From positions 262,101 through 326,100 of the forward strand of contig NMRA01000161.1 of assembly GCA_002633005.1 (NCBI GenBank): a DNA stretch of 64,000 nucleotides, written 5' to 3'. Position 1 is the first letter of the stretch; every line of letters begins with the position of its first letter. Origin of the DNA: Phoronis australis (Eukaryota > Animalia > Phoronida). Shown here in pieces: positions 1 to 13,480 of this stretch. A program made the translations under genes and the position numbers. The notes beneath the pieces were generated by a model. That model was not told the DNA's origin. It saw only the letters and a list, made by a program, of their open reading frames with translations, and searched no databases.

Positions 1-38
1 TCTATAGCCCCCACTTTTGCAGTGCTGCGCCGCCCATG
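1..38. mobile_element. Terminus of a CATGGGCGGCGCAGCACTG-ended MITE family (other members at 8748-8780 and 25551-25605)
   Basis: Reverse complement catgggcggcgcagcactgcaaaagtggggg matches the sequence at 25551 and both arms at 8748-8780. Confidence 0.6.
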
Positions 39-585
39 GATATCAGACACAGGCGACACAAAAGCCGCTGGCACATATATTACGTTTCTAGTATTATCCA
101 CACATCTTCGATCAGGGAAATTGACAAGTTTAAAGTCAACGTTACAAAAGCACGCTTCCTTCGAGTTAGTAATTACTGACCATTGAACCTTAAAGTAAAG
201 TGCGTAAATACGACTGCATTATAAGCGAGCTGCAATCAGGGGTTATTCTTCACTGCAATATACTAGATGAAAATCCTTACGGGCAGTTATATGTCATTAA
301 ATGACAAAAATATAGTGTTTTACATAACTTTTACAGCAACAAGGATTTATAATTTAAAAAAAAATGTATGCTCTTATTCCAAAACATGTCATTTACACAA
401 ACACCCATGAAAAGCACCGTACCTTGACACTCTAACGGGTCGAGATTGGGCAACTCAATCGCTTTGCGCACCACAGAATTTTCCGGTTCAGATCAACTAA
501 GACACCATGCTGTTGTGGTTAGTTAAATCGTCTCAACTTGCTGCCGCTACTGTTCTCTGGATAATGAGACAATCGTAAACACATT

Positions 586-968
586 AATGGTATTTTTGAA
601 TTTTCGTACTGAAAGTTGGTACATGTAAATAGCATGTTTGAACAGTTCGTGAAAACCATACGTGATTAGATTTTTGAGTTTTAAACATTAGACAAAGAAT
701 GAAACTTTTAAAACCTAAAACGTTTGTTAAATGTTGCAATAATGTGTTCCTGCTGCCTAGTGGCTGTGGTAATTTGCACAACGTACGTAACACAAACAGC
801 AGCATTAAAGAGGATCATAATATGGCAACGTTATTCAAACGTTTTAGTTGTAAAAGTCGCATTTCGAGTAAGATTTTTAAACTTCAGAAACCTAATCACG
901 TGTACTTTTCGCGAACTATTTAAACACGTTATTTAAAATTTTTAAAAATGAAAATTTAAAAATACTAT
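586..968. mobile_element. Foldback/MITE-like element with ~160-bp imperfect inverted arms
   Basis: 587-745 aligns with the reverse complement of ~815-968. Confidence 0.65.
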
Positions 969-3900
969 GGTCGTCCCAATGTGTTTATGAGGGCTCTTGT
1001 CATATAGAGAACGATAACATCAGTATTCTGATGCACTGTAACAATAGCAGTAATCTTTGATCCATGCGGCGGATCTTGAGGCACGCAAACCGGTGGAGAA
1101 ACCAAATCTTGACCGGTGAGGTTGTCGTCGTAGCATTCCTTACATGTGACACATATACTAGTACGAATACCACTGTGATATCCTGTCTCGAATACTGAAA
1201 TTTCGTTTGGGAATGTCCCAACTCGACCTCCGCGACTCTTGTTACCAATGACATTCCCAGGTGAAATAAATTCTACATAGGATATCATAGTGGTATCTTT
1301 ATATATGTGAGTAATAACCTATACTCTTGTTATGTATCCGGCGATGAAAGAAATGTTATGTAAGCTCCACCAAAATTGATTTTGAAAAGTACGATTGATT
1401 CAAACGTCAGAAATGCGTGTCCTTGGTCAGCGTTATTATAATTAAGTTATTTCGGCCTCTGACTCCGTTATCATGGGATAAGCTTCCCTTTAACTTGTCG
1501 GCAGTTTTTCGAATCCATACCGAGTTTAGCTAAGTGATGAAAGATTTGGCAGCTTCACTCAAATTTGACGAGATATTATAATTATGTGCATGTATATTAA
1601 CAACGAGTATTCACACTGCACTGGCATGAATTTTGCTGAAACTTCCAAACATTCTGGCTTTTCAATGCTAAAAATATGCTTCTTGATGATCAGAGAGGGT
1701 TTTAAGATAAACATAAATCCACTTTAAAATGTGAAGGTTTATAAAATAAGGGCAGTCACCCTAAAACCACCTCAATTTACAAAAGAACTCATCTCTTGAA
1801 CCCACTGAACCAGCGCTAATGAGTCGAAAGAACAGTCACTCGTTGTTGTCCGCAGCTCATCTCATTCCCCTCCTTTCCACTCCCTGCTTATTCGAGATAC
1901 TCGAGGCATACATCTGCATGTAGGAAATGTCCGTGTGTTGCTGGAAGCGCCAGATAGGACTCTTGTGGTCACTTGGGACAATTCTATATTGTACCCTAGC
2001 CATGTGTAACGAACATAAATGCAGATAAGTTTCCCTCGACAGTTTTATTACACGATTACAACTGTAATCACTGAACTCCAGGGACAATGCAATTTGTAGA
2101 CAAATAGCGTCACTGCGGATTTTTGTATTTAGAGCGTATAAAAGCTGTTAACAGTTGTTACATGACTTTGTACCTACACGTTTTACCCGCTGTACGTTTT
2201 GTGTTGTGCGTACAAACAATCAAGCGTATGAGATGGTCGGGAAATGTTTTGCTGAGACCTCTAATTAGTCACCCCTTTCGCGGCAACTACATGGATACTG
2301 AGTTACTGCAGCATACCCAAGAACGAGCAATTGATGCGATCATGTTTTCATTCACACCTTGTTACATGTCCCGAGGAATGAAAAAGGATTGGAGTAATTG
2401 GAAGTTTCCGATCAGATTTCATCCGTTTATCAATTACCACATGAGTACATGTAAAAATTTGCAACCAACGTATTGATACAAACATTCAACTTACTGAATT
2501 CGTGTTCTTGCAGATGTTCAAAAAGTCTGCGTACGCCTGTCAGCACTTCTTCAACTGCGTCACTTCCGGTTTTATTTGAGGCAGAACTCATGTCCACGTG
2601 TGCTACATGTATTATTGGTACAAGTTGGCACCATTATGTTAATTGCACTGTCATTAGCCCACATCGGCTAGTGATTTTAGAGCTGTTTTCTCACATAATC
2701 TCACTAACTCTCCTTAACTTGTGATGTGGTGTTGGAAATTAGCATTAGCACGGAATCGAACCCTCTAGCTTTGTCAAAGCTCGAAACAAATACTGTAAAT
2801 GGCCATCACGCATCCCCGGACATCGATTTATAAACTGTGTTTTCGAGAAAGAAATTTGGTTGGGTAACCTGATGTTAACACCTTAAACAGAGTCCCGTGT
2901 GTGTTTTTGTGCAAATTAGTGTCGTCATTACCGAGTTTTCCGTCGATATATATATCAATGGTTGTTTGATATTATTGATCATATTAAGCCTCTATAGCTA
3001 AATATTTTGAGGGTCAGGTATTACGACAACTTGAAAACCGTTTCTTAGTCATAACTGGCCTGTGCTTTAGTTGCTGTACCTCCACCATGAGGTAAAGGTA
3101 CATGTAGGTTTACAACTTGTCTAAAACATTTTGTAGAAGACGCACTACTTGGTCTCAACGTATCGTATCTTGCGTGACTATCACAACTTAGTAGGGCAGT
3201 TTGCTCGTAGATTTAATATTTTGGGTGGATTAGCTACCAGAAAGCCGTGTGTTTTAAAACTGTTTTTTCAAGCAGTTTCAACAAGGAACTCATAAAAATG
3301 CCTCACTTTTGCAGCGGTGAGGAAGCAGATTCCAGTTACAGGTGTCGGAGAAATCTGTAATGACCATCGCCATTGTTGTAAAGGAAAAACCCATCGACTT
3401 GCCACATACAGCATATGGCGAGCTACGCATCGATAGATCTTTACTTTCAAAACCAAAATTTCCCTGTGATCATTTGATGTTCTGAACATCTTATCTTACA
3501 TGTATATTCGCAATCGGAGAATTCCAGAAACCAAGTAGTCCAAGTCATATAATAATTGTTTGTATCCCTTAATGTTGTCAAAAATAAAATATTTTCAAAA
3601 CCTCTCAAACAAAACTGACATCTTCATGATTCTGTTGTTTCATAGGCAGCAATGTCAGTTGTGTGTCTACATTATAGATACAAGAACTGGTTGACAATGG
3701 CGACACCAGAAATGTTTTGAAGTGGTGAAGTCCTGAAAGAGACTAATTACTACTGGAGCTCTACGCCACTAGGGCTTTATGTATTCAATGAAGAAGAAAT
3801 GCTCCAGGGAATTTGAATTTAAAGCAATGGTGGGACCTCGAAATACCTTGATTAGATCTCAAGTTTAGCAGTCGTACATGTACGTCGCTGTGGTGCCGAT

Positions 3901-4446
3901 AAATTGTGCAATATGGATGGGGGTAAGGAAGGATGTCATTCACAAGATTAAAATTGACTTTGTTCGACTAGTATCCTGTCTTTGCAATGCGAAAAGTATC
4001 GCACTGCCTTAAACTGGCATAAGTTGTGAACTGTTGTTGTACTGGTGCATTGAGTCAAAACCTTATGACAAAGAAAATCGAGGATGAGAGATGGAGGGCT
4101 GTTAGATCCAATGTGTTGATCTTGCTCTATTACATCAGACTCAGGTTTTGATCTCACGGTCAGTGATACACTGTATCTGCGAAAAGGATGAAGTAAAACA
4201 AAAAATTGTTTGGCGAGTTTCTCTAAAGTAACTGAATACTATGGGAATGACGTAAATGCGTGCGTTGATACACCGTAAAATGTAACAATTTCATAAAATG
4301 TAACAACTGTTACATTTCATTTTACGTAGTTGTTACATTTCATGTCGAATGCACATGCTAGAAATGTACCATTATTACATTTTACGAAACCAAGGTCATA
4401 TCACAAAATAAATGACCAAAATCACGAACAAATGGTATCTGACACG

Positions 4447-4731
4447 GCCGGGGGAACTTGAGTATCTGTAGACGAGTAGTGCCGCCCAGAAAAAATTGGA
4501 TACCTACCCCTTTAGAGAGTGAGCTATGACAAAACGTGAGAGTAATTTTAAGTAAAAATGCACATTTTCGCATAGCTCTGTACAGAAAATTCAGAAAAAA
4601 CACCCTTTTAGTTAGAACATGTATTTTGTCAAAATGACACCATTTTGGAGAATATTTTGTGCTGCGAAAAAGAACCCATTTGGCGGCATCTATGTATAGC
4701 TCTTCTATAGGAATACGCATGTACCCTCTGG
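4447..4731. mobile_element. MITE with ccggggg/ccctctgg-type ends nested in the 4266-6123 element
   Basis: Flanked by the direct repeat TCTGACACGGC (4438-4448, 4732-4742). Degenerate inverted ends. Confidence 0.55.
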
Positions 4732-4762
4732 TCTGACACGGCATTAAATTTGGCCAACCATT

Positions 4763-4905
4763 ATTACCACTATCACAGCCACTATCACTACCACTACCAC
4801 TACCACTACCACTACTACTACTACTATTAATTTATTGTTATTGTTATTATTATTGTTTGTTGTTGTTGTCGTCGTCGTCGTCGTCGTCGTGTTATTAGTA
4901 TTATA
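4763..4905. repeat. Compound microsatellite (ACCACT/ACT/TTA/TTG/TCG)n
   Basis: Directly visible trinucleotide and hexanucleotide runs. Confidence 0.95.
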
Positions 4906-5464
4906 ATTGAGTTTACTTAACGAGAACAAAGTGCAATATACACAATACATGTGTTTAGCTAAGTGCTAATATTTCATGGTCCTCAAAAATTTTAAATTCA
5001 TCTAATTTACATGTATGGCTCAACGTTTTTATCAGGCTTACCGTAAGGGACAGCGAGTGGTGTTTCAAAAGGATTTGTTATTTCCTTAGTTTGTGGTAAA
5101 TGTACTTTAGTTGGGCGGTGTGAAAAGTAAGAACTAGCCCAGTACATCAATTTGCTGGAGTTCGAACACTATGCGACACTGAATTCAGATAAAAGTGACC
5201 CTGAATGTAACAGGTCGCTTCGACACTGATGCGTCCGAAAGTAATGAACCTTGCTGTGGAAACCACCCACAAAGAAGCATTGACAATTCCGTTATCATTT
5301 TAACTAAATCTCGGACGCATACATGTATGTACTGCAAAAGCATCCCTGGGATTTCAAGCAAAGAACGTATGGTACTTTCATTAAAAAACACGAGACATGA
5401 AAATCACTGGTCAAGAATGATTTGGGGCCTAAGCTAAATGTAGTGTGGAAACCATCAATCATTT

Positions 5465-5760
5465 TTTTTCTCTAATATTGTCATATGTACAACAATGAAA
5501 CAAAAATGAAACTCGTCCCTAATTTGTCCTTAGTGACATATCTTACACAGTCTCTCCTCCAAGGATAAAGCGTCACGTTTTTACTGTGAGAGGAAGAATT
5601 CCGTAGCAAAACTGAGCAAGAAATGATCGTAAAGATCGTTCAACTGGACGCTTAATGCGCAGTTCTGTTTCAAAATCATTTTAAAAGTGTTTAGTGTTCT
5701 CAATTTGGGCGCTTTTTGGATCTGGTCTAAGCAAGTGTCAGCCTGTTTCCTCTGCAGAAT
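5465..5760 (-). mobile_element. Decayed LINE ORF2 3' end (CCHC zinc-finger region)
   Basis: Frameshifted translation PKLRT..FK...RSFLAQF.YGILPL...LEERLCKIC...RDEFHF..C..YDNIR, typical of the C-terminus of non-LTR retrotransposon ORF2. Confidence 0.7.
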
Positions 5761-6963
5761 ATTGCACACTATTCACAAAAACACAATATTCAAAATCGTG
5801 TTCTGAGCTTGCAGATCTGTACAAAGAATGCATTTTAATGCTGAAGACCAGTTTTTGTTGAAACCTATATTCTCAATGAAAAATCATCTTAGTAACTCTG
5901 ATATTCTCTACTGTAATTAATCTTTTCCAGAGTTTGATCGTTGCCACAATCATGATAGGCCATGTCGCCATGGACGACTACATTTGGCGCAAATCTATGG
6001 ATTCAGAGAAAACAACGTCGATACCTACAGTATTTTGTTTTGCATCACTAGTAAAATGTAACAATGCCGTAAAATGTAACAGTTGTTTCATTTTGCGAAA
6101 TTGTTGCGTTTTACGGCGTATCAGTGCGTTCATATTTTCATCGGCTTTTGTGCACTTTGCGTGTTCTAATTGAAAAAATAGTGTGCTGTCTAATGTCCTA
6201 CAGAAACAGTAGATTACATTGAACACGATTTTCTCACAATGCCCGACCTTCAAGACAAAATTAACCTAGTATAGACACTTATTTTTCAACATGAAATGGT
6301 GAAATTTTGAAAAATAATGAAAATTTGGAACCGACTGCACTAATTTCCACGGGACATTTCTAGCTTTGATAACATCGATTTCTCATTTTTCCACCGAGTT
6401 TCCGTGACAAAAACACAACTTAGAAGCGCCGGGCGGGCACATTTTCCGACTCAGTATCACTGTGTTTTAAGCGCATTCGCATCGTAAATACACAGACCGT
6501 GCCTTCACCGAATTGGCTTGCAAACCATAAGACTCGGCGATATGTAAGGAAATTACAAAAGCACATCGGATTTTATTCTTTCGTAGCACTGGTCAAAGTT
6601 AATAAGTTCAAGAAGACTATCCCATCCACCAATAACAATAACTTCAAGAAGTCTATCCTATCCAACAATAATCTCCAAAATGCATTTTTGGTCGTAAAAA
6701 CGATAATTTCCTTTCAAAATACAATAACTGTTTTACAATTTATAATTTACCTACAATACGAAGCTTTCCCGATCTTGATTTTTTGACGAACGAGACGGCA
6801 CTAACTCAAGTGACAGGCAGTGTCAACATGCCCGTTTTCAAATTTACAATTTTAAAGCAGGCCAAACCCCAATAACTCTGAATGGTTTTCTTGGATGGCT
6901 GGTAGTTTACATGTTCTTGTAGGTAACATAAATCGAATTGTATCACAAAAAGGACTAATATGA

Positions 6964-7595
6964 NNNNNNNNNNNNNNNNNNNNNNNNNNNNNNNNNNNNN
7001 NNNNNNNNNNNNNNNNNNNNNNNNNNNNNNNNNNNNNNNNNNNNNNNNNNNNNNNNNNNNNNNNNNNNNNNNNNNNNNNNNNNNNNNNNNNNNNNNNNNN
7101 NNNNNNNNNNNNNNNNNNNNNNNNNNNNNNNNNNNNNNNNNNNNNNNNNNNNNNNNNNNNNNNNNNNNNNNNNNNNNNNNNNNNNNNNNNNNNNNNNNNN
7201 NNNNNNNNNNNNNNNNNNNNNNNNNNNNNNNNNNNNNNNNNNNNNNNNNNNNNNNNNNNNNNNNNNNNNNNNNNNNNNNNNNNNNNNNNNNNNNNNNNNN
7301 NNNNNNNNNNNNNNNNNNNNNNNNNNNNNNNNNNNNNNNNNNNNNNNNNNNNNNNNNNNNNNNNNNNNNNNNNNNNNNNNNNNNNNNNNNNNNNNNNNNN
7401 NNNNNNNNNNNNNNNNNNNNNNNNNNNNNNNNNNNNNNNNNNNNNNNNNNNNNNNNNNNNNNNNNNNNNNNNNNNNNNNNNNNNNNNNNNNNNNNNNNNN
7501 NNNNNNNNNNNNNNNNNNNNNNNNNNNNNNNNNNNNNNNNNNNNNNNNNNNNNNNNNNNNNNNNNNNNNNNNNNNNNNNNNNNNNNNNNNNNNNN
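6964..7595. other. Assembly gap (632 N)
   Basis: Run of N. Confidence 1.
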
Positions 7596-8857
7596 TGCAA
7601 GGCCCACCTTCAGTGTCGCCTGCAACAGGCAAGCGACAGAATTTTGAATTAAAGGTTCACGAAAAGTCTGCACACATTGAAGATCCATATTGTTTTGGTT
7701 TCAAGTCTACAATGGAGGCATTCTGAAGGTTGTACCCTAATCAACTTTTCATTCTCAGCCCTGTTCTCAATAAAATTCCGAAACGAACATTTGGAGGTGA
7801 GAGGGGAGAGACTTGTACCAGCAGTTGAGTTCCACAAAAACAAATGTCGCTGCCGATGTGCTCATGAGCAGTACCCTTGGTAAATGAACAAATTGAAAAG
7901 TCTGCTGTAGATGTATGATAACAATGATAGACAACGCATTCAATGATGCCTGTGGGTTATTGTATGTATCTCGATTTGTAATATTCAAGCCAATTTAAAC
8001 TTGGGCATCATCCCCATTTAAATCGGCTTGCATATCGAGAACCGAGTAGCTAGTAAATCACGGTGGTCACAACGTACACGTTCGTTGTGTAACATAAATT
8101 TACACGACGCCGGTATTGCTTATAACCACGATTAAAACGTTCACTACACGGCAACAAGTAAGCCACTGAGCAGATGTGGCCACTTTAATATTGGAAAACG
8201 CTGTGTTCAATAAGGATTAACGACAACTTACCATCAAACACAGTTTTATTTTCTTAAATAATAACACTAATGATTCAAATCCTTATTTCAATGTCATAAT
8301 TGCAAGCTATTCACTATTTGCGAGTCTGGTGAATGTAAATAAACCAAATGACACTGAGGAAAAGAAACCGTTTATCATCTATAACCCATAAGTAAGTTGT
8401 TTAGCTTAAACAAAATATCTACGCGATATCATGATGCTGCCGATTCATTGAAAATGAATCATTGGACTTTCATGTATATCCCCATTTGCCCATGAATAAC
8501 GCAGCTGATTCAGCGTTGCTGGACGCCATGCCGAACCACTCGGTAAGAATACATTAGTTGAAATGCACGGGACGTGGAAAAAGAACTCCGTCATCGGGGG
8601 ATTCCGTCAACGAGGATAAATTTGAGAAAAACAGGCCCGATCAACTGGCGTTTCTATTGAAAAACGAAGTACCAGATGAAGGATTGCTTCTTATGATTTA
8701 GGCGGAAATCACGTGCCAAATTTTACACTCAAAAATAAAGACTACATCATGGGCGGCGCACCAGTGCTGCGCCGCCCATGTACCTTGCAATCCAATTTTT
8801 ATTAAATAGTATGCTTGAACACTTTTTGCACCAAAGTGACATCGATGAGCGGGAAAT

Positions 8858-9600
8858 TAATAATCTAATATAATGACAGCGCTATACATGTAGGCTTTCC
8901 CCGTTGTAACGGTATTAAACTAAAGAATACTGTAACAACAGGATTTCCTCTGATTGGAAAGATGGCTTGGCAGATGGAAATTTCCGTAAACAGCTGATCA
9001 AAATGTTAGGTCAAGGGCTTATACCAGGAGATTTTCCGAATGTAAGCCAGTGTATCGAAATTGACCAGCCCCATTTAAACATCTGTCGTGACATTTCTCA
9101 AAGTGAAATGGGCCAACGACGGCCAAATAAAAGTAAAGTTTTCAAGACATGGTTTATGTTATAAGTTTATCTCCACAGTAAGCCCAACTAGCAGTACCAC
9201 GAGTATCCATCTCTCAATGGCCGATGNTAATAATCTAATAATTATAATGACAGCGCTATACATGTAGGCTTTCCCCGTTGTAACGGTATTAAACTAAAGA
9301 ATACTGTAACAACATGATTTCCTCTGATTGCAAAGATGGCTTGGCAGATGGAAATTTCCGTAAACAGCTGATCAAAATGTTAGGTCAAGGGCTTATACCA
9401 GGAGATTTTCCGAATGTAAGCCAGTGTATCGAAATTGACCAGCCCCATTTAAACATCTGTCGTGACATTTCTCAAAGTGAAATGGGCCAACGACGGCCAA
9501 ATAAAAGTAAAGTTTTCAAGACATGGTTTATGTTATAAGTTTATCTCCACAGTAAGCCCAACTAGCAGTACCACGAGTATCCATCTCTCAATGGCCGATG
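8858..9600. other. Apparent ~370-bp tandem duplication across a single-N contig join (probable overlap/haplotype artefact)
   Basis: 8858-9226 matches 9228-9600, with N at 9227. Confidence 0.8.
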
Positions 9601-12551
9601 TACAGTTACAACCACGTGCATTATCGACAGATGCCCGGGCATGTATCTGGGGGTACTAGAACGGTAAAATATACCAATTCCGAATATACACCCAGGAACT
9701 TGTAATGTCAAATTCGTGCATTTTCAAGCCTATTTTATTTATGGTACAATTTGCACATATCGAGGTTAAATTGGCGTAACAAGCATCGTACACACACACA
9801 CACATGTATATTTGATAATTATTTGTAGTCAGTCATTTCACATAATGACTGAGGATACTAAAACACGATGCGATTTAAATAATTGACTAAAACGCAATAA
9901 TACACACCTCTGAACTTGTTCTGTGCTGTGAATGTTAAATTCTCGACTTCTCCTGAGAAACGTTCTCAGCAATCAATACTCTGTTCTGAGCACTATTTAC
10001 CTTAAAATCTTTCGCAGGTCTCCCAGTGTGTGTATGTGTATATGTGTACACAATATTGGCACCTGAGTGATTATAGCGCACGCGAACCTCGTCTCATTTC
10101 TGCTTGTCTCCGATGACCATCAACAACTGCGCGCGTTTCGTACGTAATTAGCTACTGTTTTCGACAAGTCAGGGCAAATTTCCATCGCCTCCGTTGTACA
10201 ATAAGTTGTACGCGAAGAAACGATCCGATCGATCAACAAGACGGTGCCATCTTGGGCACACATATACTTGCTGCTCGAAGATAAGATCTTGTTCAAGTTG
10301 CGTTGTCATACATGTATATCCTGAGGTGCCGACACAAAGTAAAACTGGATGACTCTGAAGTTAAATCAGGTTGAATATTCTTCATCCATCATACACCAAA
10401 CTCCACTTCAATCAATCAAATTTGATGCTGATCACAATTCGTTTACCTGCAATCAACGCGTAATAACACAAACTAAAACCTACGGAAGAACAATTAATGT
10501 TTTCTGTGGTTTATCTCAACGAATATACAGGCGCTTAGATTCCGCAACCTTTCAATTATAGCTGGTGACCCCGCATCGTGAAAAAATAGTCGGAGAAGAA
10601 AGTGAGAGCTATCGATTATTCAAAGTAATACACACCGCATTGCAACTACGTGAAAAACATGATAGAGGAAATCCGCGCAGACCCGACATATGTGTACAAC
10701 ACGCTCGATAACAATGAGATAATTAACGGTATGTGCAATTGAGTGGTGACTTCCAACTCAACGATGAAACTTCACTCTTTGAATAGCAATAGGCAATACG
10801 CGTTATGTTAACATACTCACTCAAAATCTTTGCTAGATAACGAGAAAGTTGAGATTTAATAAATCTGTTAAGTTTTGTTTTAAGATATAGAAAAAATGTC
10901 GCTGAATTCTCAGCTGGAAGGCTATAGAGTTTAAAAACGGTAGCACACTCATCGGGTCTCGAATTGTTTTCCGAATGGGCCAACGACTCAAATCATTGGC
11001 AGTGCTACGATTTATTTTCTAATCTTTAGGGTTATCAAGTCTAGTTCATTCTTAAAGCGACTTTAAAAGCTTCTTTCCAAGATAGCAACAGTATTTGATT
11101 GATGGAATTGCTCTCAAATTGTTCCTTATTACAAGTTACATGTAAGATTATTTCAGACCTTAAAACACGTCATAATTCGTTATGGCTCGATACAAGGTTC
11201 TTCAAGTAGCTTTATCACAGGGTGCCATTTTATTCTCTGGGCGTGGTCTCGAGGACTAACAAAATGCAAATTCTCTGCAAGCCAGAAAATTACTTCTTAT
11301 CTGAGAAAGGAACAAGCCAAATTTAGATGTATGTGGTCTTAATCACAAGTTCACTTTTACGATGGAAAGCGTGTTTAAAGACGCTTTAAGTGTTTTCTGG
11401 AGTCGCTATTTGCTTTTTGTTCTTGTTGATAGCGGAAATTCAGAGTTCTGTCACGGTAGGTGATATAACGAAAATGATGTTGTGAGCTTGAGTGGCTTAT
11501 TATTTTTTTTCGTGCAATTGAGCGCAATACCAAAGACGGGCAGTTCAAGGAAATTTCTAAATTGCGTCTTCTGATTTGGCAGAGTTATGTCGTTACCTAC
11601 ACCGTTTCTTTTTGAAAACTACTTTAAGCAGGTAGGAAGAATTCAGCTTTGGCAAATTCGCCTTCCGTTTCGAACGAACCTCAAATACACATGTACTCGC
11701 GGTTTACCAGTACGTCAAGATTCAGGGTGTCAAGACCTTCTGCATGCGTTCATGATAGCATGCGTCACTATGAGTGTTTATATTGTTCAAGCTGGAAAAT
11801 CATATACTAAGTGACGTTCAGCCTATTTGTTGTAATGGGTATTACAGAATGTGCGGCATTTCTTCCATCAGTCCTGGAAAATTTATATGGAACGCTGTAT
11901 TCAAACGAGACACGCGCTGCGCAAATTTTTAGGAGATTTCACGAGGGCGTGACGCGTTCGAAGTTTAGGTACACAATCGGTGGCAATGGACCAAAAATAA
12001 CATTCCCAGTGTTGAACCGAATTACACAAATTTCAACTCAGGCACCACTTCAAAAATGTTTGTATCTTCTTCATCAAACAAACGGCGTTATCTTAACGTG
12101 AATTTGTTTTCATTTGCTTTCGTTCTCAAAAAATGAAAATTTGACATCGACGCAGCGTTTAGGCGTGGCGTCGAAAAACATAATAGTTTATTGACAGTTG
12201 CCCCTTAAACTGACTGGACAAAATAAATGTAGCACTTAAAATTGCAAGGGTTATTGGGTATTCAAAACACGTTTGACTATTTTGGGAAGTTTCGTGCAGT
12301 GCTTAGTCAAGATTGATTGAGACTCAGCGAGAAAATCAACCGGTTAATAATCTAAGTTCCAGTGCACATTTTTCGTCCCATGGACGTTCTATACAAAACA
12401 AATGTGTGTCACTCGTTTGCTCCTTCTTAGCACATACCGTCAAAAGAACAGCTATCTTACTTTTACTACTACTTTGATTAGCACAACACCTGAGTGGTGT
12501 TCTAACTTTTTTCGCACTGCCCAGCTAACACCGCTGATAAGATCAGCGCCT

Positions 12552-12780
12552 CGATTTCAGTTACTTCAACCGCGGGTACCAGCAAATTGACTGGAAGCTA
12601 ACATCTGAAATCGATAACCAGAAATGAAATCGCAATTATATAGCGGTTTCGGTTGTTTTTTGGCTCAAGGCAATGGAAAAAAAATTCGAAAATTCTCATT
12701 TTTCAACACTAATAATAACGATTTCAGTTTCTTCAACCGCGGGTACTTGCAAATTGACTAGAGACTAACATCTGAAATCC
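12552..12780. repeat. Local direct repeat (~60 bp, spacing ~168 bp)
   Basis: cgatttcagtt.cttcaaccgcgggtac..gcaaattgact...ctaacatctgaaatc occurs twice. Confidence 0.75.
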
Positions 12781-12918
12781 ATGACTTCTAATAAAATCAC
12801 AATAACATGCCGGCTGTTTATATAAATACAAATATCGTAAACCGATGAGGAAAAGTATTGAGTACTAGTAACAACATTTCTTAGTGCGGTCTCCTGTGGC
12901 CACCGTCTGAAAACAATT

Positions 12919-12990
12919 GTGACCGAATCGGGACTTGAACCCAGGACAATTAGGTCAGGTGATGAGACCGCACGTGGCGTGCTGACCAGA
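12919..12990 (-). mobile_element. Degenerate tRNA-derived SINE head
   Basis: Minus-strand B-box GGTTCAAGTCC within a T-arm-like stem. Confidence 0.35.
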
Positions 12991-13358
12991 ATTAAAGATG
13001 TTTGCGATACAAATTTCAACGCCGATTTAAGATATACGTATCTACAGTATATACAGTAAAAGTTCAAGGGCGAGATACCCATGCGCGAGACCCTGAGCCT
13101 CCCTCCCCCTCTTTTTGGCGAAGTGGCAGAAAGGTCCGCCTCTGAGAAACAGAAACACCGAAAAGGAACAAAACGTGACAAAAGTGCACTAAACATGCAG
13201 AAGCAACCAAAATTCGCGAATGCACAAACCATAGCCCTGAACGTACATCGTGAATCTTAGTAAAAGGTCCACATGCTAAAAAATTCGAACCCTACATCTT
13301 TAAGCTGTGTGGGCGAATGGTTACCCATTACTAAGACTGATTGTATGTCTATTCAACA

Positions 13359-13480
13359 GGGGGTTCCGATGACTCAGTAGACTAGAGCTTCTGCACGGTG
13401 AACAGAAGGTCCCGGTTCGAGTTCCGGCTGGGCCTGAACTCTTAAAACTGCCACCCGTTCAGTAACGCTAGGACATCTCT
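13359..13480 (+). mobile_element. tRNA-derived SINE head / tRNA pseudogene
   Basis: A-box-like TGACTCAGTAGA, stem ttctg..cagaa and B-box GGTTCGAGTTCC. The acceptor stem is not intact. Confidence 0.55.

Larger units (their letters stand above)
4266..6123. mobile_element. Non-autonomous TIR element, TG...CA ends, 6-bp TSD, with nested insertions
   Basis: tgatacaccgtaaaatgtaacaatttc... and ...gaaattgttgcgttttacggcgtatca, with subterminal AAAATGTAACA repeats. GTGCGT flanks both ends (4260-4265, 6124-6129). Confidence 0.75.

Noticed and set aside
423-556. Minus-strand segment with good acceptor and donor
   Set aside because: Stops in all three frames; at most non-coding, with no other support.
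4744-4950. Poly-T/N/V ORF
   Set aside because: Translation of a microsatellite.
6806-7688. Four long ORFs in the ORF track
   Set aside because: They run through the N gap and are artefacts.
8967-9538. Duplicated 65-74 aa ORFs as tandem genes
   Set aside because: The duplication straddles a single-N join and the peptide has no recognisable features.
13359-13434. Functional tRNA gene
   Set aside because: The acceptor stem and anticodon loop do not form a canonical cloverleaf; a SINE head is a better explanation.
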